A stretch of 62,318 bases of DNA, the filler included, from Callorhinchus milii (taxonomy: Eukaryota), in NCBI RefSeq assembly GCF_018977255.1. It is 5 parts of 5 records of this genome, joined end to end, with 100 filler letters (N's around TTAATTAATTAA, not from the genome) between each part and the next. Parts side by side here need not be neighbours in the genome. Positions count along the whole stretch, not along the records: positions 44,006 to 57,769 come from NW_024706164.1; positions 57,870 to 62,318 come from NW_024704877.1; 3 more parts are not named here. One strand, 5' to 3'. Below, in pieces: positions 49,714 through 61,374 of the stretch. The translations under genes were made by a program, and so were the position numbers. Every line of letters starts with the position of its first letter. Positions within the stretch are counted from its first letter, which is position 1. The notes beneath the pieces were generated by a model that was given only the letters and a program-made list of their open reading frames with translations, had not been told where the DNA came from and searched no databases.

Positions 49714-51724
49714 CACAGTGATGGATGCCAGAGACCACCTCGTTCAATAACTCTCCTGGCTTTGTGCGGTGGCGCTGAGGCGAGCAGTTTCTTTCCAGGA
49801 AACTTCGTTCTTTTCTCATACGAACGACGTACACCACAAGTCAATCTGTCTGCTGAAGATTCACAAAATTGTGTGTCACCACAAAGGCAGAGGGTAAAAT
49901 AACCAGCGAATCGAGTACAACAGGCGAGATTATGTTGGCTAACTGCAAATGCAGCAATACAAACCATTTGAACTATTATCTTTTTTGACTCTATGGAAGA
50001 AAGTGGAATGCAGAAGACACACAAAATGCAACCGCACACATAAAAATATATGCAACCTTGTGAAGCGCTTTGGAAAGTATCCCGACATGATAATAAAAAT
50101 AACAATCTCTGCGTTAAATATAAAGGCGAATCGTATCTTCGAGATATCTCAAAGCGTCCGTCGTGCATTTTGCCCGCTGACGTATCCCATAAACAGCCCG
50201 GGAAATGGGTGGAATAAAAGCATTCGAAGAAAGGGATATTGTGGAATTTTGCAGAATATGTGTTTCAGCTCTGTCCTCAGAAGTCAGCGGATACAGTTTT
50301 TGATTCTCGTTCAGGCCAACACGTTGGGAAGTTTAATCACTCTACACACCTCTGTTAAACCAGCAGCAACAAAAAAAAATCAGTTTTTAATTTATGGATC
50401 TCTTTACGCGGTCGCATAATCCTTCAATTATTAAAAAGAGTAATAATGTGTTGAACACTCAATGTCAGATTGGTTGCCTGCATACTGCACGTCAATTGTC
50501 TTGATAATGATAATCCTTGCAATTGCTTCAGCGCCTTAACACGACTTCGAGACCTCTCAAAACTCTTCATGGAATATATTTTGACGTGAATTAAAACTAA
50601 ATTTTGTGACTGAAACAAGCCAGCCAATAGGGCACAGTAGAGACTCACAAAGAGTTGTGGCTTGCGTGACTCTAATAATATTATTATTATTTTGGAGTAA
50701 TTATAATACTCAGAAAGTATTTAGTCAATCTAATATCAACCGGTTTTCGACTTACTGCTTGGTGAACAGTACGCAAATGCGACAATGTACAAATGCCAGT
50801 GGCAATAATGGCTCAATTCACTATTGCAATGTGAGCTATTCCACGGACACATTGCCCTTTGGGCTCAGAACAGCTCAACATAATTGTGAGACGAGGAATT
50901 AGTGTGTGGGAGATGGGGCTTCAGTATCTGTGGCATCACAGTGACTGACAGCGGGGTGTGTTACTGTACTCTGAGCCTCAGGTGATATAAGCCACTGGGA
51001 ACCTCAACACATTATTAGTACAATCATTGCTTTACATCAAGTTTGGCATCAAATATGAAGGCAAGATTTACCTATGGCCCAGTGGTCTCTAGAGGGCGAC
51101 AAGTTACTATTATTTACCAAATCATGATGCTGAATGATTTTGTTAACGAAAATGAAGACATTACACATTTTTGAAGTGTTTTGTTTTGGGGTGGTCCACA
51201 AATGCCTGTACCATTCTTAAGAGTCTCCAAACCAAGCTGAGATTCTCATGTATCCCACCTATACTTGGAAATGCCAGAGATTGGTTGTCGGTAAGGAATG
51301 CAACGCTCTGCCTGGAGAGACACGTGCTGCTTTACCAATTCCGGAGATTGTTAGCTGCTGGTTGGCAGGAACCAAGGTTTGGTGACCTCTGAGTATACGA
51401 TTTGTATCCGCTGGTGTCCAACTAATTAAAACACGTAGCTTGCAATTGACATCGCTGAATAGCAAACATTTCCGCTGTTTGTCCAGCTATCACCATCTTT
51501 CTCGTTAGAACTTTATCTTGCAGGATTAACAAGAGCTGAGCGGATTCCCTGCCCCCAGTGACTGGTGAAAGCCGCTGTATAAAAGCAATTGGTTGTTGTA
51601 TTGAAACGCGGCTGAGATGCCAATGAGGTGACGTGAGACTGTGTGATTCCGCCAATGCCGACAATCACTGCGGGTTATCACCAAACTGATGCCACAGACA
51701 CAACACACAGACTGAAGAGCAGCA

Positions 51725-52687
51725 ATGAGGTCTTTGCTGTCTGTCTTGTGCTGGGAACCTTTATGTCAGGTGAGCCCTGTTGAGCTGATTCAGCGTCGCT
51801 GCTGATTGTCGAGTCCATTTCAGCAACAATTGGTGGAGTCCTGTATCTCGGTGGAGAGTGCACTCGCCTCGCAAGCGAGAGGACCTGGGTTCGACTCCCG
51901 GACAGGTTGAAACTTGTGCAAGTTTCCTTACTCGAAACGTCCGGCTCTGTTTATCTGCATTAATGGGATCTCCGTTGTTTTAGAAGGTGGGGCTAAACAG
52001 CTGTCCAAATAATAATAGTTTCTGAATTCAAGCGTTTCTGTTGGAACGGCGAAGCTCTTTTCCAGAGTCTACAGTGCATTAAAAAGTTTAAATGATAATT
52101 CGGATACCGATTCCACGACTGGTTGTGAAACACTGCTGTGCCAATTTCGCCGACAAAGATAACAGCAATTCACTGTACCATCTGCTCTGTGTGGTACCTG
52201 CAAACGTCTGAACGACGTGAGAATATGCTATATAAAATACATTGATGAATATTATTTCATGATTAAACAATTTCATGTGTATAGCGCGTTTCGCTTCTGG
52301 AAACTCCAAGGCGATGGAGAACTAACTCTGCAAAGACTGAATGCAAAATTTTCGTTCTGTTCCTTATTTGTTACAGATCTCTGTGGTGGGACTCTGTCAG
52401 TCAGAAAGCTGCCCAATGGTTAGGACAGAAGGAGAGTCGGTGACTTTTGAATGCAGCTATTCCACGACTGAAAGCTATTTCTATCTGTTCTGGTACCGAC
52501 ATTACAAGGAAAAGCAGCCGGAGTTTATAATTAGCAGATACAGTCACAGTGATAATCCCGACAAAGGAGCAGGATTTGAAAATCGTTTCTCTGCTGAGCT
52601 CCAGAAATCAAACTCATTCACCAGTTTATCCATCTCTGAGCTGGTGTTGTCTGACAGCGCTGTGTATTACTGTGCCTTCACACTCAC
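51725..52687 (+). pseudogene. Copy of V gene 7753-8723 with 1-nt deletions in the leader and FR1
   Basis: V coding otherwise matches; the two FR1 deletions fall in G and C runs; RSS 52688-52694. Confidence 0.85.
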
Positions 52688-55600
52688 CACAGTGATAGAC
52701 TGCACTGCAAGTCTCGTACAAAAACTGACTTCACTTTGTACATAGGGATGATCTGTCTGTTGAAGTGTATGCGGAACCTTGTTCAGGCCTTGAAGCCCCG
52801 CGGGAAGCAGACGTATGTATAACCAGACTCAGAGGAAACCACATTAACCTCACATCAACTTGTCAGCTCAACGCTCACATTGTTATTTGTCACAATAAAT
52901 GCAGACAGCATTTGGTAAACGAGTTATGCATTACAGGTCCACTTACTGTTGATTTATTTCGCTTTGCAAATATAATTTCTTATTTTCTACAATACGTCCA
53001 CGTGTTCGTCACACCTTTACGTCTCATTTTTTAAAAAGGTCAATAAATCCACGACTCCATGTGGGGCACTGCTGTGCTCAATTGGCTATCACGTCTCAGA
53101 CAGTATATACAGTGAATTGGTTTTACACTATATTCTGTGATTTGCGTTGCGATGTTTTGTCGACATGATATGGCGCGATACCAAGTGCAAGCATAATTGT
53201 TATTATTATTCGGTGAGTTGGACTTCAATATTAGTATCTGTGGCATCACAGTAACTGACAGTGGGTTCTGCACAGTACTCTGAGCCTCACGTGATTATAA
53301 GCCAATGGAAAACACAACACATTCTTATTTCCATCACCGTTTCCAATAAAGATTAATTTAATTTGGCGTCAAGCAAGAAGGCAGAGCTGTACTGTGGCAC
53401 ATTGGTCGCCAGAGTTCGACAAGCTACAAAATTACTTCTTGATCAGCATCGTGTTAAACACTTTAATTCAGTTTGCTACAAATTTTGTGAAACACGTTGA
53501 GACCTCCCGAAGACGTGACGATGATAGTAATGATATTTTTATTTGATAAAGTGCCTCATCATGTCTTCGGGAAATTTAGAAAAACTTCACAGAATATACT
53601 GCATCGTCAATTGATTGTATATTTGTTTGAGGGAAAGACATCCTCCAATTTTTTTTGAGGAATTATTGGCTCTTAAAAAAGCGATTCGCCAATTGATTAA
53701 AAACCGCGTTCCTACTTACTGCAAGGAAATCAGAGGCAAATGCAGTGAGGAAATTTATCCAATATTTCGCCCTGCCCGGGAGTCGAACCCAAGTCTCTCG
53801 CTTGTGATGCGATTCGTCTAAACACTGAGCTGTTGGACACCACCGGCACCATTCAAAAGTATAACGGTTATTATATTATTCCCATACCTGAGTGGCTTTA
53901 ATGGAATTCTCAGCTAAGTTTGCATATTCGTAATCATCTTCTTGGGTTTTCGCATGTGTCAGACATACAGGTGACCCCACAAAATCATGGCCGATACGAT
54001 GAGAACAAACCACAGTTAGTGAAGCAATCCACACTGGGGTCGCGTGAATGTATATTAAAAGCTGACCGTGTGCAACTCAAAGAAGGCTTCTGTCTTCTTC
54101 GTAGGCTATTCCTCTTGTCAATTCATAACCAGCACCTTGGGATGTCCACCTACACAAATTTAATTTGCTGTTGTTCACTGGATGTCACGTCTCTGTGCTG
54201 AAAGCACCTGATGGCTGGTGTTGTCTGATACCCGTCAGTTGAGCACAACGGGCGAAATTATGACGGTTTACTGCAAATGCGGCAATAAAAAGCGTTCGAA
54301 CTGTTATCTTTTTCGACTCTAAGCAAGAATGTGCAATGCAGAAAACACACTAAATGCAAACCCCCCCACACGCAGCAATTTATATAGCATTGTGAAGCGC
54401 ATTGACACGCATATACAGTATATACCTATCTACAGTCTTGCGAATCGCTTTGGAAAGTCTCCAGACATGACAGTAATAATACTAATCTTTGCATTTGATA
54501 TCTCAAAGCGACTGGAATGCATTTTGACCACTGAAGTATCCCATTAAGAGCCCGGGAACCTGATGGAATAAAAGCATTCGAAGAAGTGGATTTGTCGAAA
54601 TTTACAGAATGTTGGTTACAGCTCTGTCTTCACTATTCAGAGGATCGGGTTTCGATTCCCATGGAGACCGAAACGTTGCGCAAGTTTAGTTACTCTACAC
54701 GCCTCTGCAAAACTAGCAGACACGAGTAACTGTTAGTTTGTCAATTTATGGATCGCTTCCGGGGGAAAAGTACCTTAAATTACTAAAAACAATGAAAATG
54801 TGTTGAAAAGTCAATACCACATTGGTTGTCTCCATTTTATAAAGTCAATTGACTTGATAATGATACTCGATGCATTTGATATAGCGACTTAAAACAACTT
54901 CGAGAAGTCTCAATACGTTCACAGAATACACTTTGAAGTGAATCAAATCTACATTTTGTGACTGAAATAAACCAGCCAATTGGGCATAGCAGTGACTCAC
55001 AAAGAGTTGCGCATCGCGCGACTGTAATAATATTATTATTATAGTTTAGAGGAATTATAGTACCCGGAAAATAATTTGCCTATCCAACAACAACCGGCTT
55101 CTTTCTCACTGCGAGGTAAACAGTAGGCAGTGTACAATTGCCAGTGGCAATTCTGGCTCAATTCAGGATTGCAGTGTGAACTATTACACTGACAAATTGC
55201 CCTTTCGGGCTCAGAACAGCTCAACATAATTGTGGGGTGACGATTCAGTGTGTGGGAGGGGGCGTTCAGTATCTGTGGCCTCACAGTTACTGCCAGCGGT
55301 GTGTATTACTGTAACCTGAGTCTCAGGTGATATAAGCCACTGGGAACCACAACACATTATTACTACAATCATTGCTTTACTTCAAGTTTGGCATCGAATA
55401 TGAAAGCAGAGTTGAACTTTGGCTCTGTGGAGACTAGAGGGCGACAAGTTACTATATTTACCAAGTCATGATGCTAAAGCTTTTTGTCAACTAAAATGGT
55501 GACATTGCACAATTATTATGTGTTTTCTTTTGGGGAGGTCAGCAAATGCCTATACCATTCACCATGTTTAACAATCTCCAAACCAAGATGAGATTTCCAT

Positions 55601-56081
55601 TTATCCTACCTATACTTGGAAATGTCAGAGATTGGTTCTCGGAATGGAATGCACTCTCTCTGCCTGGAAGGACACATCCTGCTTCACTAATTCCGGAGAA
55701 TATTATTTGGTGGGTGGGAAGAGCCAAGGATTGGGGATCTCTGAGTGTGTGATGGCTATCTACTCGAGTCCAATCAGTTAAAACTACATAGCTTGCAATT
55801 GACATCTCTGACTAGTAAGCTTTACCGCTGTTTGTCCAGCTATCATCTTCTTTCTCGTTAGTACTTTATCTTGCCGACTTAACAAGAGCTGAGCGGGAGG
55901 ATTTCCTACGCCCAGTGACAGGTGAAAGGCAATATGTATAGGTAATTGGTTGTTATTTTTGAAACGCGGCTGAGATGCCAATGAGGTGACGTGAGACTGT
56001 GACTTCGCCAATGCCGACAATCATTGCGGGTTATCAGCAAACTGATGGCACAGACACAACCACACAGACTGAAGAGCAGCA

Positions 56082-57373
56082 ATGAGGCTGTTTGCTGTCT
56101 GTTGATGCTGGGAACCTTTATGTCAGGTGAGGCCGTGTTGAGCTGATTCAGTGTTTCTGCAGTTGGTCAGTTCCATTACAATAACATTTGTTGGGAGAAA
56201 CCTCAGTGGTATCTCAATGGTTAGAGAACTCTCTGAGTTCGATTCCCGGGCAGAAAGAAAACTTATGTAAATTTCCTTACACCGCAAGTAGACACATGCC
56301 TCGATTGACTCAGCTGTAATTAGGAACTCCTGTGCTTCGTAAGTAGGGACAATAACCATTCCAAACCATAACTCCATTCAAATATTTTTGCTACATATCT
56401 GAACTATTTTTCAAGGAAAATAATCCATTATGGAGTGGAGTCCTGTAGCTCAGTGGTTAGAGCACTCGCTTTGCAAGTGAGAGACCTGAGTTCAATTCCT
56501 GCAGAGGCGCAAACCTTGGGCAAGTTTCCTTACTCCACACAGAGCATAATAATAATCCTCCAACACCAAAAACAATAATAAATTGGTCATTTTCAATCCA
56601 CGACTGTTTGTGGACATTGCTGTGCGCAATTAGCTGCCGCGATCGCCCAGAAATATACAGTCAATTCATTTACAGTGTGTTCTGTGAAGCGCTTTGGACG
56701 TCTCCCGATGTGAAAAGCGCTATATCAAATGCAAGGATTATATTATTATTAATATATTATTTGATTTAAACAATTTTTGGTAAATACATACGACGACTGT
56801 TTTTTTTTTCTGCAACGCTTTGCGCATTGGTTGTCGTTTTTTGGTCAAAAAAATATACATAAATTAACTACACCATATAATGTGAAGCGCAGTAACAACT
56901 CACAACAAGTGAAAATGGTTCATATACAATAGAATGATAAATATTATTCCGTTATTAACAAGGAACTATGTATAGCGTATTTGTCGTCGAGAGGACGCTC
57001 AAGGCGCTGACAAAACATTTCGGGCAACGAGTGAATATATTGTCGTGCTCTTCCATGTTTATTACAGATTTCTGTGATGCGGACACTGTCAGTCAGACTT
57101 CTGCCACGATGGTAAAAAGAGAAGGAGAATCTGTGATTTTCCGATGTAGCTATTCCACCACTGAAACCTCCTACTATCTCCACTGGTACCGATATTACCG
57201 GGACAAACACCCAGAGTTTGGAGATATTCGGCGAATGACAATCAACAGAAAGGAACAGGATTTGAACATCGTTTCTCTGCTCAGCTGCAGAAATCCAATT
57301 CGTCCACCAGTTTATCGATCTCTGTGCTGGTGGTGTCTGACAGCGCTGCGTATTACTATGCTTTTAGTCTCAC
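56082..57373 (+). pseudogene. Copy of V pseudogene 12110-13409
   Basis: YYLHWYRYYRDKHPEF then a frameshift; YYY in place of YYC; RSS 57374-57380. Confidence 0.85.
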
Positions 57374-58347
57374 CACAGTGATAGACTGCAATGCAAGTCT
57401 CGTACAAAAACTGACTTCAATTTGTACATAGGGATGATCTGCCTGTAACCAGACGGAGAGGAAGCCACATTAACCTCACACCAACTTGTCAGTTAAAGGT
57501 TCACACCGTTATATGTTACAATAAATTCAGAACCCAATGAATGCTTGAGTTATGTATTGCACGTCCAGTTGCTATTGATTTACTTTGGTCTGTCAATGTA
57601 ATAAAACAAATCATGTTTCTTTTGTTTTATTACTTAAACGGAACCCTGTGGCGGAGTGGAAATAATTCTCGACTCTCAAACTGGAGGACCCGGTTTCGAT
57701 CCCGAGCGTAGTGAAGCCTTTGGCAAGTTTCATCGCTCCTCACACGGGCATTTGTTTACAGAGGAGTGANNNNNNNNNNNNNNNNNNNNNNNNNNNNNNN
57801 NNNNNNNNNNNNNTTAATTAATTAANNNNNNNNNNNNNNNNNNNNNNNNNNNNNNNNNNNNNNNNNNNNTGAGCATTAGCTCAAGGTCGACTTGTTCAAT
57901 ATCCCGTTGTGTGCCCTGAACACATAACATTTAAACTCTGAATGCAGTGTCTGCAACTTAACAGCCAAAGCCTCCAAAACCCTGTTTGTTACGCAGTATA
58001 AATTGTCGTCACAATTTTTTATTGTTATTTAATGTGACTTTAGTGAAGAAAAATTATATTCCTTTCTACCAGATTTTGCACAATGTAAATCATTTGCATC
58101 AATGGATATTTGTTTGCCTTTGGTGTATAATGATACCGGGTTCCGCTGTTATAAGCGGTGCCCGGGAATACTGCAGATCCGTCTGGCTCAGAAACTGGAA
58201 TAGAGACAGTCGCACTGAGTGGACATAACCCTACATCCTGTGGCCAAACATGTCACCTTGGTTCTTGCAATGAATCCCATTAATGCATTAGAAAATTCAC
58301 AGCAATTATTTTTTTTTTTAATTCATTTTCAAATTGTTCTCACTTAC

Positions 58348-58698
58348 TTTTTGTTACAGTTACTGCGGTTCCTGTTCCATCTTTAGTTTTCTCTCTTTTT
58401 CCCACAGCGCAGCGATTTGCATCATATCGAGCTCTACAGTAATATTTTCCGCCGTCTTGAACTTCCAAGTCATTGATTTCTAGAGAAAATGAAGCCGATT
58501 CCTTATCTGCTTTTACAACAAATCGACCATCTACCGGGATCGACACCAACTGTGTCCCTTTTCCAATCTGTCTGAAAAATTCCATACTCTTGAAAGTCTC
58601 ACCAGATACGGCTTCAAAGACACATCGAGTGGATACGGATCCGCATTCTTCTCTCGTAAGAGAGGTTGGTGTCTGCTTTACTGAGACACCGGCACCAT
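58348..58698 (-). CDS. Germline-joined, leaderless NAR-type V(D)J exon (351 nt, phase 1-1, open)
   Basis: TTTCAG/ (Y)GAGVSVKQTPTSLTREECGSVSTRCVFEAVSGETFKSMEFFRQIGKGTQLVSIPVDGRFVVKADKESASFSLEINDLEVQDGGKYYCRARYDANRCAVGKREKTKDGTGTAVTVTK-A/GTAAGT; no RSS, and no leader exon seen upstream. Confidence 0.92.
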
Positions 58699-59805
58699 CT
58701 GAAATATATACACAACATTTTAAAAAACATTAACTTTCTCTACTCCAAACCAAAGTGAATCCCAAGATTCGCTTGAATTTGTTTGATATTTCACATTGTA
58801 AATCTGATAGTTAGAGCCTCGGGACGACCTCCAGGTGAGAAAGGCACTACGTAAACGCCATTTATAGTTGTTAACTCCAGGGTAACAGTACAATTTAAAT
58901 CTGCGCTTTTGAACTGATAATATATTAAAGAGGCACAATTCGTAACCTGGTTACTATTCGCTTGCTGTTTTTTGTCCTCTCTTTGTATGTTGGGTAACAA
59001 AGGATAAAATTGTATTTTAATGGGCAAGGCTATGGGGAAAGGCAGTGATTATTCAGCTCTTCCAAATGGTCTGACATTCTGTGCTGTAATATTCAGTGAT
59101 TCAATGATTTCATTTTGCTCAACAGGGTATCTGAAATAGGCCAGAAGCCATCAGGAAGCTTAACAGTACCAAAACCAAACTACGGTTCCTGTGCCTTTCT
59201 AACAATATGACCCCAGAATTCACACAATTTCCCCCCATGAGAAGCACCCTGCAAAGCTTGTCATTGAAAACAATGTCTTGCGAACTATTCATCTGCTTGT
59301 CCACCTTGCAAAACTGTACACTTCATTGCAACTTTTTCTTGCACGGTTAATCGTAGCGCAGTGAAAAAAGACTATATCCCCAGTTACTGGACTGCTCTCA
59401 CAAATCATGTAACCTTGGAGCCAATTCAGTTCCGAGGCGTTCACCTTTTTACTCCGCTCGGGAGGATAGAGGGCATTTCTATTTGGTAGAGGCTACATGA
59501 ATTGTTTACGTCCATTAAATTGAAATAGGTCCTCTGCGCATATTCAGCTAGAGACGATGTCCAGCCAAAGTCGGTGACTTGACATAACACGGAAATGAAA
59601 GCAGCTAATTTGAGAAGCAAGCTTCACAGTGGAAGCTGAATAATGTTTGCCACATTATAAACATTCTTTGTTTAAGATTGCTCAAGTGTATTGCTAAAAT
59701 GGCACAGTGGCATACAATTCGGAGCAATCAGTTCGAAAAATGGATTTTACAAATTATCTAGAATAAAATTTAATTGCAATTCGATAGTATTTTTTTCTCA
59801 CTCAC

Positions 59806-59861
59806 ATTTCGTTACAGTCACTTTGGTTCCTGTTCCATCTTCTGTGTATTCATTATAATAC
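59806..59861 (-). CDS. NAR-TCR J segment, cassette 3
   Basis: YYNEYTEDGTGTKVTVTK-T/GTGAGT; RSS GACTGTG (59862-59868), 23-nt spacer, nonamer 59892-59900. Confidence 0.92.
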
Positions 59862-60244
59862 CACAGTCACACAGCTCTCGTTCTTCAATGTGCAAAATCT
59901 GTTCTTTGAGATCAGGGTTTAATACTGGCACGAAAGCAAACAAATGCTGACAACTTGGTCATTGATTCCTATCTTTTCACCACTGACCCATCTTCATATC
60001 TTTAATTTCTATAAATCATATTTATTTTCAAAACTATTTCCAACCAAAGACAGACAAAGTGCACAGCCCATGGAATAAAACTTGGCAAATAATTCCATAA
60101 ATTGTCTGCTTCAAATAATTAATTTTGAAAGCAAACTTTGGTGACATTCAGCAGCATTAAATAGGCAACAGTTTTCAGTGATTAAGTCTTACATATTTTC
60201 ATGAAAACAGCTGTGCAGTATTTGTGCGAATGTTATCCAATGTG

Positions 60245-60260
60245 ACGAACACGTAGCACA
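60245..60260 (-). other. NAR-TCR D segment (12/12), cassette 3
   Basis: GATTTTTGC-12-TACTGTG-TGTGCTACGTGTTCGT-CACATTG-12-ACAAATACT (60217-60288). Confidence 0.9.
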
Positions 60261-60638
60261 CACAGTATTTAATGTCAATGCAAAAATCAATGGATGGAAA
60301 AACATTTGAAATGTTTTCTGCCATTTACTCATGGTCATTCAATGGTGTAACGTGTAAAATTATTTTGAATATTGTCTTTTACATGTCGTCTGTCTCTTCG
60401 AATAAACCGTTGTTTTAGGAATCCAAGCAAAGTTCTTACATCAGTACTTAGTTACTTTTCTTAACTGTTCGTAACCAATGGTCGTGTCTCAAAGGCAGTG
60501 CTATTAAACATCGTTGTACAACACTTACTAATGGGGAATGTGCATTGAACTCATTGAGAAGTTCAAAATATCTGTGTTTTAACTGCGAGTTGGTGAAGGG
60601 GCTTCTTGTATTGTTGGAAGCCCAGGTACAGCATTGTG

Positions 60639-60944
60639 AATCTCCACTAACGCTTAAAGGGTGCCAGCAATATTGAGCTTTACAGTAATAGTCAGCGCTG
60701 TCTTCAACTTGCAAATCATTAATTTCCAGAGAAGAGGACCACGATTTCTTGTCTGTCTTTACAACAAACCGTCCTTCACGAGGGATGGGCTTCCAATCTC
60801 TTTCATTTGGAAACCGACTATAAAACTCCATACTTTTGAATACGCTTTGATAACTTGCTGAGAAGACACAGTTGATGGTTAAAGACTCGCATTCTTCTTT
60901 TCTAACAGGAGACGGTGTCTGCGTTACTTTAGCGCTGAAAACAT
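60639..60944 (-). CDS. Intact NAR-TCR V exon, cassette 3
   Basis: VFSAKVTQTPSPVRKEECESLTINCVFSASYQSVFKSMEFYSRFPNERDWKPIPREGRFVVKTDKKSWSSSLEINDLQVEDSADYYCKAQYCWHPLSVSGD; RSS CACAATG-22-ACAAGAAGC (60601-60638). Confidence 0.93.
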
Positions 60945-61331
60945 CTGAAAATTATTCACAATATTACATCAGTTTAACAGATCTTCAAATTTGACCACTT
61001 CTATTGCAAATCCATTACAAGCATTGGCTTGTTTTCCCTTGATATCAGCAAATATAATATAATCATGATTATGTAATATAATTATAATATTAATTAGTCC
61101 ATATCATTGTAATGTATAACGAAATTAAAGCAAAATAATTGACTGCCGCGTTTCGCCCACAAAATACAAAGTTATTTCAGTACACAAACCAATGTCTGAA
61201 GCGACCTGAGACGTCCCATCCACAGCTTAACGCTATACATCAATTACACGGATTATTTATATTGTGCAAATATAGTATTGATGACATTCACTGCTGCAGT
61301 GTAGTGCTGTGTTATGGAAACAACCACTTAC

Positions 61332-61374
61332 ATTGTAAGAAGAGGAAGGAGATGGAGACACAGAGGAGAGACAT
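61332..61374 (-). CDS. NAR-TCR leader exon, cassette 3
   Basis: MSLLCVSISFLFLQ-T/GTAAGT. Confidence 0.9.

Larger units (their letters stand above)
44006..57769 (+). repeat. Near-identical second copy of 1-13799 (redundant contig, haplotype or recent duplication)
   Basis: Collinear along its whole length, starts within a few nt of position 1 and ends on the same base (...CAGAGGAGTGA); differs by scattered substitutions and many 1-nt indels. Confidence 0.95.

Noticed and set aside
58348-58698. Joined exon as a somatically rearranged allele captured in the assembly
   Set aside because: A somatic VDJ would keep the leader exon about 390 nt upstream, and none is present. The exon also sits downstream of an unrearranged V-D-J on the same contig.
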